This document shows, piece by piece, positions 34,966 to 47,860 of a DNA stretch of 64,000 nucleotides. The notes beneath the pieces are model-generated. The model was not told the origin of the DNA and made no database searches. It was given only the letters and a program-made list of their open reading frames with translations. Within the stretch, counting starts at the first letter, position 1. Every line of letters starts with the position of its first letter. Position numbers and translations under genes: made by a program. The stretch comes from Octopus sinensis (lineage: Eukaryota): NCBI RefSeq assembly GCF_006345805.1, contig NW_021836179.1, positions 219,415 through 283,414 on the forward strand, read 5' to 3'.

Positions 34966-35189
34966 ATGAACAAACTATTTAAATCGATTTCCAGTTAATT
35001 TATTCATGTTTGCGTGCGTGTTAATATCTGTCTTTACTGCTCGTCCAATCAGGTTATTCCACGTCACTGCTCACCACGCCCTTTCCACTTCTATAATCCT
35101 TTCGGTCCATTCTTTGCCATCTTCACCCAAATTATTTCATCTTGGTCGAGATGTTTCCATTTCATCTGCCGCTGTGTTCTGAGTTTAGC

Positions 35190-36310
35190 CCCTTGTGGGT
35201 AGTAAAGAAATAGGTATTTCGTCTGCCGTTACGTTCAGAGTTCAAATTCCGCCGAGGTCGACTTTGTCTTTCATCCTTTCGGGGGTCGATAAATAAAGTA
35301 CCAGTTACCCACTGGGGTCCATGTAATCGACTCAATCCCTTTGTCTGTCCTTGTTTGTCCCCACTATGTTTAGCCCCTTGTGGCTAATAAAGAAATAGGT
35401 ATTTCATCTGCCGCTGTGTTCTGAGTTCAAATTCCGCCGAGGTCGACTTTGCCTTTCATTCTTTCGGGGTCGATAAATTAAGTACCAGTTACCCACTGGG
35501 GTCCATGTAATCGACTCAATCCCTTTGTCTGTCCTTGTTTGTCCCGTCTGTGTTTAGCCCCTTGTGGGTAGTAAAGAAATAGGTATTTCGTCTGCCGTTA
35601 CGTTCAGAGTTCAAATTCCGCCGAGGTCGACTTTGCCTTTCATTCTTTTGGGGTCGATAAATTAAGTACCAGTTACGCACTAGGGTCGATATAATCGACT
35701 TAATACCTATGTCTGTCCTTGTTTGTCCCCTCTGTGTTTAACCCCTTGTGGGTAATAAAGAAATAGGTATTTCGTCTGCCCATACGTTCTGAGTTCAAAT
35801 TCCGCCGAGGTCGACTTTGCCTTTCATCCTTTTGGGGTCGATAAATAAAGTACCAGTTACCCACTGGGATCGATGTAATCGACTGAATCCCTTTGTCTGT
35901 CCCCTCTGTGTTTAGCCCCTTGTGGGCAGTAAAGAAACAGATATTTCCCTTTCATCTGCCGCTGTGTTCTGAGTTCAAATTCCGCCGAGGTCGACTTTGC
36001 CATTCATCCTTTCGGAATCGATAAATTAAGTACCAGTTACCCACTGGGATCGATGTAATCGACTGAATTCCTTTGTCTGTCCCCTCTGTGTTTAGCCCCT
36101 TGTGGGCAGTAAAGAAACAGATATTTCCCTTTCATCTGCCGCTGTGTTCTGAGTTCAAATTCTGCCGAGGTCGACTTTGCCTTTCATACTTTTGGGGTCG
36201 ATAAATAAAGTACCAGTTTCGCCCTGGGATCGATGTAATCGACTTAATCCCTTTGTCTGTCCTTGTTTGTCCCCTCTATGTTTAGCCCCTTGTGGGCAGT
36301 AAAGAAACAG
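35190..36310 (+). repeat. Tandem array of ~6 headless S1 SINE bodies (~180-190 bp unit)
   Basis: Repeated GAGTTCAAATTCCGCCGAGGTCGAC...TTTAGCCCCTTGTGG...AAAGAAA. Confidence 0.85.
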
Positions 36311-36686
36311 ATATTTCATTGACTCATTCTCTGAAAGCAATGTTTTAACTAAACCTGCTTTCATTGATATGAAAACGTAATTATATAAATGTGACACTTC
36401 ATAACAACAACTTTAACAGGCATTTTAAACTTCGCCTGAATTCAGGTCAGTGTTGTAGGTTTTAGCCACAGCAACAATTAATCCATTCGTTTCTATGACA
36501 GAGTCTTCACGCCAATGCTGTTGTAGTGTCTACAAAGGCATTTGTCAATTGTTTGTGTATATTTAATACAAATCTGCAGCTTTCTCAATTATATCATGAA
36601 AAGCAATTTTGGTGAACGTAGTCCAGCACAAACAGCTATCAAGAGTGAAAGACGGGGAGGATTAGAAGGTGGTATATTTATTCGAT

Positions 36687-37425
36687 AGGCGGCGAGCTGG
36701 CAGAATCGTTAGCACGCTGGGCGAAATGCGTTGCTGTTACGTTCTGAGTTCAAATTCCGCCGAGGTCGACTTTGACTTTCATCCTTTTGGGGTCGATAAA
36801 TTAAGTACCAGTTATACACTGAGGTCGACGTAATCAACTTAATCCCTTTGTCCTTGTTTGCTCCCTCTATGTTTAGCCCCTTGTGGGCAATAAAGAAACA
36901 GGTATACTTATTAGATATTACAAACTCATCCCCTCACACATGAACTATTGTTTTTGAACTTTTAGAACGACCTGCTGTGCTTACCTTGGATCGTAGGATG
37001 ACCTGCTGTGCTTGAGGAGACCTATTGAGTCAGGTACATCAATATCAAAATAAACATCAAATGGAAATAGCAGTTGTGATCCCTGTGCCGGTGGCATGTA
37101 AAAAGCACCATCCAAACGTGGCCGATGCCAGCGCAGCCTTGACTGGCTTCTGTGCCAGTGGCACGTAAAAAGCACCAACCGATCGGGCTGCTGCCAGCCT
37201 CCTCTGGCACCTGTGCCGATGGCACGTAAAAAGCACCATCCGATGGGGCTGCTGCCAGCCTCCCCTTGCATGTAAAAAGCACCAACCGATCGTGTCCACT
37301 GCCAGCCTCCCCTTGTATGTAAAAAGCACCGACCGATCGTGGCCGCTGCTAGCCTCCCCCGGCACCTGTGCCGGTGGCACGTAAAATACACCCACTACAC
37401 TCATGGAGTGGTTGGCGTCAAATGC
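36687..37425 (+). mobile_element. S1 SINE (36687-36900) followed by an RTE-type 3' UTR (36965-37425)
   Basis: Family matches; duplicated at 47861-48675. Confidence 0.75.
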
Positions 37426-38085
37426 TCCCATTTAGCATTTTACCAGACAGCTACGTTTCTAATTCTTTAGTCATAACGAATGAAAAGTAGGAGAGAGGGA
37501 CATCTCTGGGCATACTTGTTCAAGCGCTGGTTTTAACTAAAATACAGTCAACAACATTGACTGATTTGTGCCAATAGACAGAAAAGTATGCTCTTAAAAT
37601 AAATTATCTTTCACTGAACATTTTTAACCCTTTCGTTACTATATTTCTGATCAAAATATACCCCTCACGAGTTTCAATTAAATTCTAAAATAATCATGAA
37701 TTTAGACTAGTTTCATTAAACAACTGTAACTTTTTTACTTATCAACATATTTATGTGAAATTTGGAACATAATTAAAGAAAGGGTTCTTAATCGATTATA
37801 TTGCATAACTTTTGTCTCAAAGTGACTGTAATTACAGGTAAACTGAGCAAAAGGTAAAAATATTAAAACTTTGTTTAAACATCACCAAGGAAAATGAATC
37901 ATCAGCTAATATTTAATTCAACAAAGCTAGAATACATTTCTCGCTATAATGTATGGGTCCCTCAGAAACTCTCAGAAAAGAATTGCTTGAACCAGCATTC
38001 CGTTTGTGATATGCTTTTGAAAGGGAATGAAAGTATTCCTAATCTGGACCCTTAAAAACATATCTCTTCAAAGTTTAGAATTTAA

Positions 38086-38265
38086 CCCTTTTGTTACTGT
38101 ATTTCTGTTGAGATGCTCTGTGTTTTAAATATGACAAAGAATTTAGTAAAATAACTTAGTTATCCTTAAGCTAGTGGTAGGAACATAAATTGTGACTAAG
38201 GTTTGAATTCAAAACTTATGAAAACAAGACATTTGTATTACAGAGCCAGTTTGGTAATGAAAGGG
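38086..38265. mobile_element. piggyBac-type MITE, 180 bp, TTAA target sites
   Basis: TTAA-CCCTTTTGTTAC ... GTAATGAAAGGG-TTAA. A further left end of the same type at ~37628 has no visible right end. Confidence 0.75.
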
Positions 38266-38559
38266 TTAAACAAAATAACAAACAATCAGTCTGGTGTGGT
38301 GTACTAAACTATACTTAAGCCTCATGTTTTTCCTTTGGGGTCTCTTCTGTTTTGTACGTGGGGGTCATTGTTTCTGTACATATCTGACAACTTTACAAGA
38401 TTCCTGTGCATGAAAACTCATAACTTATGTTATTGTATAAAATATTTATTGAGTGAAGAATTTAAAACATTCATCATCATCATCATCATCATCATTTAGC
38501 GTCCGTTTTCCATGCTAGCATGGGTTGGATAAACAACAAAGAAAGAAAAGAGGTGAAAA

Positions 38560-39912
38560 TTACAAAAACAAAAGATCCTCACTTTTTCCTTTCTCTCTTC
38601 TATGGATAGATTTGTGTCTGGTCAATTTACTATTTTCAGAGAATGATCTACCACAGATATCACAATGATACGGCTTCTCTCCTGTGTGAATACGTTTGTG
38701 TCCAGTTAAGTGAATACTTTGAGAGAATGATTTACCACAGATATCACAAGGAAATGGTCTCTCACCTGTATGAATACGTCTGTGCTGTGTTAGGTTACTA
38801 TTATTAGAGAATGATTTACCACAGGTATCACAAGGAAACGGTTTCTCACCTGTATGAATACGTATGTGTTCGGTTAAGTGATTGCTTTGTGAGAATGATT
38901 TACCACAGATATCACACTGAAATGGTCTCTTTCCCGTATGAATAGATTTGTGTGTAGTTAAGACACTATTATGGGAGAATGATTTACCACAGATATCACA
39001 CTGATATGGTTTCTCTCCTGTATGAATAGATCTGTGTTTAGTTAAGTGAATACTTTGAGAGAACACTTTACCACAGATATCACAATGGTATGGTCTCTCC
39101 CCCGTATGGACACGTTTGTGTTGTGTTAAGTTAGTATTCTGAAAGAATGATTTACCACAGATATCACACTGACATGGCTTCTCCCCTGTATGAATGTAAT
39201 AGTGTTTTGTTAATGCAATATTTTCAGAGAAAGATTTACCACAGATATCACAATGATATGGTGTCTCTCCTGTATGAATACGTTTGTGTATAACTAAGGT
39301 ACTATTTGCAGAGAATGATTTACCACAGACATCACAGTGATATGGTTTCTCTCCTGTTTGAATACGTCTGTGTTTTGTTAATTGACTACTGTGAGAGAAT
39401 GATTTACCACAGATATCACAGTGATATGGTTTCTCTCCTGTATGAACACGTTTGTGCATAGCTAAGGCACTACTATGGGAGTATGATATACCACAGATAT
39501 CACAATGATATGGCTTTTCCCCTGTATGAATACGATTGTGCTTTGTTAAGGCAGTATTTTCAGAGAATGATTTACCACAGACATCACAATGATATGGTTT
39601 CTCTCCTGTATGAACACGTTTGTGTGTAGATAAGTGAGCACTTTGAGAGAATGATTTACCACAGATATCACACTGATATGGTTTCTCGCCTGTATGAATG
39701 CGTTTGTGTGCAGTTACGTGAACACTTTGAGAGAACGATTTACCACAGATGTCACAAGGATAGGGTTTCTCTCCTGTCTGAAAACGTTTTTGACTAAGTA
39801 GGTTACCCTTTTGAAGGAAGGACCTTGTACACATATCACTGTCACATGATTTCATCTCTTTTGTTATGGGTTCAGAGGAAATCAATTCTACAATATTCTC
39901 TCTCTCATCCAT
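38560..39912 (-). CDS. ZNF-B: C2H2 zinc-finger protein, 450 aa, 14 fingers (finger 5 has H>Q); acceptor and promoter deleted
   Basis: Intact ORF, but the shared 5' UTR stops at ~40145 where propeller sequence begins. Confidence 0.8.
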   Translation of the reverse strand: MDERENIVELISSEPITKEMKSCDSDMCTRSFLQKGNLLSQKRFQTGEKPYPCDICGKSFSQSVHVTAHKRIHTGEKPYQCDICGKSFSQSAHLSTHKRVHTGEKPYHCDVCGKSFSENTALTKHNRIHTGEKPYHCDICGISYSHSSALAMHKRVHTGEKPYHCDICGKSFSHSSQLTKHRRIQTGEKPYHCDVCGKSFSANSTLVIHKRIHTGETPYHCDICGKSFSENIALTKHYYIHTGEKPCQCDICGKSFFQNTNLTQHKRVHTGERPYHCDICGKVFSQSIHLTKHRSIHTGEKPYQCDICGKSFSHNSVLTTHKSIHTGKRPFQCDICGKSFSQSNHLTEHIRIHTGEKPFPCDTCGKSFSNNSNLTQHRRIHTGERPFPCDICGKSFSQSIHLTGHKRIHTGEKPYHCDICGRSFSENSKLTRHKSIHRREKGKSEDLLFL

Positions 39913-40142
39913 TATTTTTCCTCTCAGATCCCAGTTTATATATTTTCCTTGCTTTTGTTCGTATGCTTTATTTTTTCAAATATTTCTTTGGCTGAATTTC
40001 TGTCCAGTGTTACCTTTCTTTAGCAACACTTCCATAAATTAAATCCAACTTCAATCAGCAAACAGGTTCCTCTTCTTCACACTCCAGTCAGGGAGGTTCA
40101 CAAATTTCACTGATAATATTATGTCAAAGCAAATGTTTCACA

Positions 40143-40736
40143 GGAGATCAACAAGGATTACTATTATTGCAAAGACCCAGACATCTTTGACCCTTATTAT
40201 GTGGATGTGGTTGATATCGAAGATGGGAAATGTAAAGATGAAGTGTGTCGTGGGAAGATGAGGAGATTGGGAAGGTTGGAAGGAGTGGATGATGTGGGAG
40301 TCACATCTTTTGGTGATGTTTTTGTTTTGAGGAGGGTGATGAAGTTGGAGGAGTGCTTTGAAGGGTGGGAAGTTTTTTGTTTTGTGGAATGGTTCAGGGA
40401 AAAGTCTTTGGTGAGGAAGATAAGAATAGAAGGAGGAATAATTTTTGGTCTGGAACATTATCATATTGCAAGACCTCGTCTGACCATAATTGGTGAATGT
40501 GTTTAGATAACAGATTTAGAGAACAATATTTACGAAATACCTCGACATATTGAAGAGGAAACATCTGAAGATGATGAAATCCTGGGATATAAAGATAATT
40601 CAAAATATTTACTCCTCAGAGGGGATGATAATGAAGTCTTTGAAGTTCTTGGTTTGGATGTTTCAGACAATTCTTTGATGGTTTTTGGAATTATTCCTGG
40701 ACATCAATCTTTTGCATTCTTTTATTTTGACAAATA
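40143..40736 (+). pseudogene. Truncated paralog of the last ~200 codons of the propeller gene
   Basis: Aligns to 25479-26074; 5' part missing; premature TAG at 40504-40506 where the long copy has TAT. Confidence 0.9.
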
Positions 40737-41647
40737 AATATTTCCAGAAATATTAAAATTCAATCTTCTTCTTCTTCACGATCATCATCACCATCATCAT
40801 CATCATCGTCATCATCATCATCATCATCATCATCGTCGTCATCAGCGTTGTGTGTGCGTGTGTGCAGTCTGCATCTGACAGTTTTTAACGTTTAATAAGA
40901 ATAGATTGTTGTTGTTGTTGTTGCAGTGACATTCCAACTGCACACACGCACAAACATTGCCTTTCGTCCTCGCAGGGTTGTTGTTGTTGTTGTTGCTGTT
41001 GGGGGTTCATAAAAAAAGAGAAGGACACTTAAAGAGGCATTTATTAAAAGCTTTCCCATGGATGGTCATTTTTCCTGCTAGAAATAGAAACCAAGTGACT
41101 TCAAATTCACTCTATTTTCCATATAAAATTTGAAGGACCGTTAAGAAGCATTTATAAAGGAAATCGGCCTGTATATGGTCTCATTTCATGCCAGAAACAG
41201 TCACTGAAACCTTCACATTTTTGTTTTATCACAAATTAAAATCGAAGGTCAATTTACAAAGCATCCATGACAAATATTGTCCTATAGATGGCCTAACATC
41301 ATGCTAGAAATAGCAGCCAAATACTCTGAAATGTGTCGCATTTCTCATGAAAAAAGTGAAGGACACTTTAAGAAGCAACTCTAAAGATATTGTCCTGTGG
41401 CGGTTTAAGTGTAAAATATTATAAAAGTATGCATCTATGAGTTTTATGTGTTTTAAAAACATAGCAAAGACATGTGTGTATATGTAGGTATATATAAATA
41501 TACATGTGTATAAATGTTCCTTGATGATGTATATGCTTCTTCCCTAATAACTTGCAGAGAAATGGATAAGTTTTGAAAATGCTTTAATTTCAATTGTACA
41601 GACCATAAGATCATTAAAAATAAACAGCAAACAAAAAATTGTGGAAG

Positions 41648-43348
41648 CTAGCTCTTTCCTTTCTCTCCTGTGTGAATAAAATTGTGCCTAGTTAAGTGAC
41701 TTTTTTGAGAGAATGATTTACCACAGATATCACACTGATATGATTTCTCTCCTGTATGAATAAAATTGTGCCTAGTTAAGTGACTTTTTTGAGAGAATGA
41801 TACACCACAGATATCACACTGATATGGTTTCTCTCCAGTATAAATAACACATTTGTGTTTCTTGAAGCTACTACTATGAGAGAACGATTTACCACAGATA
41901 TCACAATGATAGGGTTTCTCTCCTGTATGAACACGTATGTGGTCAGTTAAGTGAATACTTTGAGAAAATAATTTACCACAAATATCACAATGATATGGTT
42001 TCAACCCGATATGAAGGCGTTTGTGTTTTATTAAGTTTCTATTGTCAGAGAATGATTTACCACAGACATCACAATCATATGGTTTCTCTCCTGTATGAGT
42101 GCGTTTGTGTACTGTTAAGCTAATATTTCGAGAGAATGATTTACCACAGACATCACAACGATGTGGTTTCTCTCCTGTATGAGTGCGTTTGTGATCTGTT
42201 AAGCTAATATTTTGAGAGAATGATTTACCACAGACATCACAACGATATGGTTTCTCTCCTGTATGAATATATTTGTGTTCTGTTAAGCGAGTACTTTGAG
42301 AGAATGATATATTGCAAATATCACACTGATATGGTTTCTCTCCTGTATGAACACGTTTGTGTATAGTTAAGGCACTTCTGTGAGAGAATGATTTACCGCA
42401 GATATCACACTGATATGGTTTCTCTCCTGTATGAACACGCTTGTGTTTAGTTAAGGCACAATTCTGAGAGAATGGTTTACCGCAGATATCACACTGATAT
42501 GGTTTCCCTCCTGCATGAAAAGAGTGAAATAGTTTTTCACCTGTATGTGTACGTTTGTGTCTAGCTAAAACACTATTTGAAGAGAATGATTTACCACAGA
42601 TATCACAGTGATATGGTCTCTCTCCTGTATGAACACGCTTGTGTATAATTAAGGCACGATTATGACAATATGATACACCACAGATATCACACCGATATGG
42701 TTTCTCTCCTGTGTGAGTGCGATTGTGCTTTGTTAAGGCATGATTTTCAGAGAATGATTTACCACAGATAACACACTGATATGGTTTCTCTCCTGTGTGA
42801 ATACGTACGTGTGTAGATAAGTGAGCACTTTGAGAGAATGATTGACCACAGATGTCACAATGATATGGTTTCTCACCTGTATGAATAAGTTTGTGACCAG
42901 TTAAGTGACTACTTTGAGAGAAAGATTTACCACAGACATCACAGTGATATGGTTTTTCTCCTGTATGAACGCGTTGGTGTGTAGTTAAGTGATTAGTTTC
43001 AGAGAATGATTTACCACAGATATCACAATGACATGGTTTCTCTTCTGTGTGAATACGTTTATGTCTAGTAAAGATACTAATATGAGAAAAGGATTTACCA
43101 CAGATATCACAATGATATGGTGTCTCTCCTGTATGAATATATTTGTGTTTCATTAAGCTACTGTTGTGACAGAATGATTTACCACAGACATCACAGTGAT
43201 AGGGTTTATCTCCTGTATGAATACATTTGTGCCTTAGAAGGTCACTTTCTTGAGAAAAGGACTTTGTACAAATATCACAGTCATAGGATATCTTTTTCAT
43301 CACGTCTTCTAAGGATATCAATTCTACAATATTCTCTCTCTCATCCAT
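41648..43348 (-). CDS. ZNF-A': C2H2 zinc-finger protein, 566 aa, ~18 canonical plus 1 atypical finger; paralog of ZNF-A
   Basis: Same first 9 and last 5 fingers as ZNF-A; the middle is rearranged. Confidence 0.92.
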   Translation of the reverse strand: MDERENIVELISLEDVMKKISYDCDICTKSFSQESDLLRHKCIHTGDKPYHCDVCGKSFCHNSSLMKHKYIHTGETPYHCDICGKSFSHISIFTRHKRIHTEEKPCHCDICGKSFSETNHLTTHQRVHTGEKPYHCDVCGKSFSQSSHLTGHKLIHTGEKPYHCDICGQSFSQSAHLSTHVRIHTGEKPYQCVICGKSFSENHALTKHNRTHTGEKPYRCDICGVSYCHNRALIIHKRVHTGERPYHCDICGKSFSSNSVLARHKRTHTGEKLFHSFHAGGKPYQCDICGKPFSQNCALTKHKRVHTGEKPYQCDICGKSFSHRSALTIHKRVHTGEKPYQCDICNISFSQSTRLTEHKYIHTGEKPYRCDVCGKSFSQNISLTDHKRTHTGEKPHRCDVCGKSFSRNISLTVHKRTHTGEKPYDCDVCGKSFSDNRNLIKHKRLHIGLKPYHCDICGKLFSQSIHLTDHIRVHTGEKPYHCDICGKSFSHSSSFKKHKCVIYTGEKPYQCDICGVSFSQKSHLTRHNFIHTGEKSYQCDICGKSFSQKSHLTRHNFIHTGEKGKS

Positions 43349-44169
43349 TATTTTTCCTCTCAGATCCCAGTTTATATATTTTCCTTGCTTTTGTTCGTAT
43401 GCTTTATTTTTTCAAATATTTCTTTGGCTGAATCTCTGTCCAGTGTTACCTTTCTTTAGCAACACTTCCATAAATTAAATCCAACTTCAATCAGCAAACA
43501 GGTTCCTCTTCTTCACACTCCAGTCAGGGAGGGTCACAAATTTCGCTGATAATATTATGTCAAAGCAAATGTTTCACAGGAATTCTTCCACGTATTTGTA
43601 GAAACAATCTGATACATCTGTTCCATGGAATAATTTCGTTTAGTCTTTAAAACACGGCAGATATTGAGGATGATTCTTCTGTTATGTCAAAGTCATCTGA
43701 TGTCCTGAAATTATAAAGAAACAACCGCGTAAGATGGTAGAGGCTACTTAAGAAATACAGAAATACGTGAAAAAAATAGAAAAGAAATAGTTAAAAAACT
43801 GCTTATAATAAGATTAAATGGTACTTCGTGGGAGAGGGGATCCTGCTGCTATTTCATTCGTTTCATGTTGTTTTTTTTTTGGTCCCCACTGTGGTGTTGT
43901 GCCTGTCGTTTTACTGCCCACTCTATTGTTTTATACCTATTTCTGGGCAATGGTAAAGTGAGCGCACACCACCGAACCGGACCCAGAACCTAGCCATAAA
44001 CCTTAAGAGGGTGCACCATAAAAACACAATCAGGAATTTACCTGAATGGTAAAAGCAAATTACCTCCCCTTGTACGGTCCCACACATTCCTTTCTATTCG
44101 CGGGAACCCGAGTTAGGGGGTCTTTAAATGGATGAATCTTCCTAATTTTTTGCACACACCGTTTATTTT

Positions 44170-44552
44170 GTATACTCTTTACTCTTTTACTTGTTTCCGT
44201 CATTTGGCTGCGGCCATACTGGAGCACCGCCTTTAGTCGTGCAAATCGTCGAACCCGGGACTTATTCTTTTGTAAGCCCAGTACTTATTGTATCGTTCTA
44301 CTTTTGCTGAACCGCTACGTGACGGGGACGTAAACACACCAGCATCGGTTGTCAAGCGATGCTAGGGGGACAAACACACACACACACATATATATACGAC
44401 GGGCTTCTTTCAGTTTCCGTCTACCAAATCCATTCACAAGGCACTGGTCGGCCCGGCGCTATAGCCGAAGACACTTGCCCAAGGTGCCACGCAGTGGGAC
44501 TGAACTCGGGACCATGTGGTTGGTTAGCAAGCTACTTACCGCACAGCCACTC
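44170..44552 (-). mobile_element. S2 SINE in intron 1 of ZNF-A'
   Basis: Family match. Confidence 0.85.
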
Positions 44553-44895
44553 CTTAGTATAAAATATATTTAAATGGATGAATCTTTCTAATTTTCTCCA
44601 TACACCATTTACTTTGTATATAATTTCTATTTTAATAACTTTTTTTAAAAATTGCATTTCATTTTCTCGGAGTGGTACGTTTCTAAAGGAGCTCCTCATT
44701 CTCAAATGCTCGCTGAAGGTAATTTGAAAAGATCCCCTCAAAGGAATAACATCGATGCGCTAGTCTGACATTCTGCCTTAATTTTCAGCATAATTTCAAA
44801 TCTACAAGTACGAGGAAAGCAAGTCGAGGCGTATAAATTATACATAAACCCCATTCAATTATACTTTTCACAACAAATTCCTACATAATCCGGTA

Positions 44896-45448
44896 CTACT
44901 AGCGAACAGTAGTCCCGGCATGCTTGCTAGTCGTAAATAGTCGAGCCCAAACAATTTTATTAAATTTAGTAAATCAATTATTTACTTAGTAAAAAGTTTT
45001 AAAAAATGATGGCGATCTTACGGTATAAGTACCGGATACATTTAAAAAAAAGTGTTGTTTTTTTATATATGGGGGGGGGTTAGGATTAGGGTTAGGGGTG
45101 GGAGAAAAGGGTTTCTGTTACCTTCAGATATGTAAACAAAGTCACGTGTGTACCTATACCGAAGGATCGCCCCAACTCTACCCCCCCCCCCCATATATAT
45201 ATTAAAAAAACCCACTTTTCTGAAATGTATCTGGTACTTCCTGAAGTACATCGGTACTTATACCTTAAGATCGCCAGAATTATTTACCTTGTTCGAAAAA
45301 TATTTAATTTGTGTAAAACAATATTAATTAATTTGTTTATCGCGCATGCGTGAATCTAATCATTTGCGCACGCGCAAGACGTTGTAGGATCGACTACTCA
45401 CGACTAGCTAGCGCGAGTGCGCGCACCGGGACCACTGTTCGCTAGTTG
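44896..45448. mobile_element. Fold-back MITE with nested inverted repeats
   Basis: Outer IR CTACTAGCGAACAGTAGTCCCGG / CCGGGACCACTGTTCGCTAGTTG; inner IR GGCGATCTTACGGTATAAGTACC (45011) / GGTACTTATACCTTAAGATCGCC (to 45275); TA on the left flank. Confidence 0.65.
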
Positions 45449-45712
45449 TGCCCACTTATTGCCGATGCAAGCACAAGAGATGATGAGAATATCACAGAAT
45501 GGGCGGGGGTGAAGCGTGTGTAGACACCACCTCACGGTAACACTAAAAGCTAAACCGAACGACGGGGCACAGTAAAAGATCAGATTAAAAAGGGACGATA
45601 TCGCGAGACCCCTTACATAATTAAAAGCAGTCTTCGTCACCTTACATTGCCCCTCGCCAACTCCATATCCTTAAGATTTAGAGACTCTATGTTGGCGTTG
45701 TACTTAAGTAGT

Positions 45713-46615
45713 GCAGAAATAGCAGCCAAATCTCGCATTAATCATAGAACCTTTCAGTCACTGCTAGAAATAGCAGCCAAATCTCGCATTAATCATAGAA
45801 CCTTTCAGTCACTGCTAGAAATATATTTCTTTATTACCCACAAGACGCGACAAACAGGTTAAGTCGATTACATCGACCCCAGTGCGTAACTAGTACTTAA
45901 TTTATCGACCCCTAAAGGATGAAAGGAAAAGTCGACCTCGGCGGAATTTGAACTCAAAACGCAGCGACGGACGAAATACCGTAATGCATTTCGCCCGGTG
46001 TGCTAACGTTTCTGCCAGCTCACACGCAGATCATAGAGTCCCTCTTCCATAGCTAGAAATAGCAGCCAAATCACACACAGATCATAGAATCTCTCTTCTA
46101 TAGCTAGAAATAGCAGCCAAATCTCACACAGATCATGGAATCTCTCTTCTATAGCTAGAAATAGCAGCCAAATCACACACAGGTCATGGAATCTCTCTTC
46201 TATAGCTAGAAATAGCAGCCAAATCACACACAGATCATAGAATCCCTCTTCTATAGCTAGAAATAGCAGCCAAATCACACACAGATCATGGAATCTCTGT
46301 TATATAGCTAGGAATAGCAGCGAAATCACACACAGACCATAGAGTGTCTGTTCCATAGCTAGAAATAGCAGCGAAGTCACACACAGATCATAGAATCTCT
46401 CTTCTATAGCTAGAAATAGCAGCTAAATCACACAGAGATTATGGAATCTCTCGTCTATAGCTAGAAATAGCAGCCAAATCACACACAGATCATAGAATCT
46501 CTCTTCCATAGCTAGAAATAGCAGCTAAATCACACAGACATCATGGCATCTCTCTTCTATAGCTAGAAATAGCAGCCAAATCCCGCACAAATCAGGGACA
46601 TCTCTCGTTCATAAA
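45713..46615. repeat. 51-bp minisatellite (2 type-1 and ~11 type-2 units) split by an S1 SINE at ~45823-46022
   Basis: As at 33805-34710. Confidence 0.9.
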
Positions 46616-46698
46616 ACACAGAAGAGACACAAAGAATCGAGGCGCCAAAGACCGAAAGTCTACAGAATTAAAAACAATGAAATTCTTCTTTGCTTAAT

Positions 46699-46870
46699 AC
46701 TTACGGAAATGTTTCATGAAGGATAGTGTTGTTATATATGTGTGTGTCAGGCAGGTGAGGAATAAACTTCAAGGGCCTATTACAAGGATCGTCATCAGCT
46801 GAGAAGGGAAGATTCTTGTCAGGAACGGATTCGCAGACTTTTCTAGGAAAGTACTTCCAATGCGCATGCG
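46699..46870 (-). promoter_or_regulatory. Putative ZNF-A' promoter/exon 1 with donor at 46704-46699
   Basis: Near-identical to 34793-34965. Confidence 0.6.
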
Positions 46871-47074
46871 TATGAACAAACTATTTAAATCGATTTCCAG
46901 TTAATTTATTCATGTTTGCGTGCGTGTTAATATCTGTCTTTACTGCTCGTCCAATCAGGTTATTCCACGTCACTGCTCACCACGCCCTTTCCACTTCTAT
47001 AATCCTTTCGGTCCATTCTTTGCCATCTTCACCCAAATTATTTCATCTTGGTCGAGATGTTTCCATTTCATCTG

Positions 47075-47485
47075 CCGCTGTGTTCTGAGTTTAGCCCCTT
47101 GTGGGTAGTAAAGAAATAGGTATTTCGTCTGCCGTTACGTTCAGAGTTCAAATTCCGCCGAGGTCGACTTTGTCTTTCATCCTTTCGGGGGTCGATAAAT
47201 AAAGTACCAGTTACCCACTGGGGTCCATGTAATCGACTCAATCCCTTTGTCTGTCCTTGTTTGTCCCCACTATGTTTAGCCCCTTGTGGCTAATAAAGAA
47301 ATAGGTATTTCATCTGCCGCTGTGTTCTGAGTTCAAATTCCGCCGAGGTCGACTTTGCCTTTCATACTTTTTGGGGTCGATAAATAAAGTACCAGTTTCG
47401 CACTTGGGTCGATGTAATCGACTTAATCCCTTTGTCTGTCCTTGGTTGTCCCCTCTGTTTAGCCCCTTGTGGGCAGTAAAGAAAC
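47075..47485 (+). repeat. Tandem S1 bodies, 2 copies
   Basis: Shorter paralog of 35190-36310. Confidence 0.8.
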
Positions 47486-47860
47486 AGATATTTCATTGAC
47501 TCATTCTCTGAAAGCAATGTTTTAACTAAACCTGCTTTCATTGATATGAAAACGTAATTATATAAATGTGACACTTCACAACAACTTTAACAGGCATTTT
47601 AAACTTCGCCTGAATTCAGGTCAGTGTTGTAGGTTTTAGCCACAGCAACAATTAATCCATTCGTTTCTATGACAGAGTCTTCACAGCAATGCTGTTGTAG
47701 TGTCTACAAAGGCATTTGTCAATTGTTTGTGTATATTTAATACAAATCTGCAGCTTTCTCAATTATATCATGAAAAGCAATTTTGGTGAACGTAGTCCAG
47801 CACAAACAGCTATCAAGAGTGAAAGACGGGGAGGATTAGAAGGTGGTATATTTATTCGAT

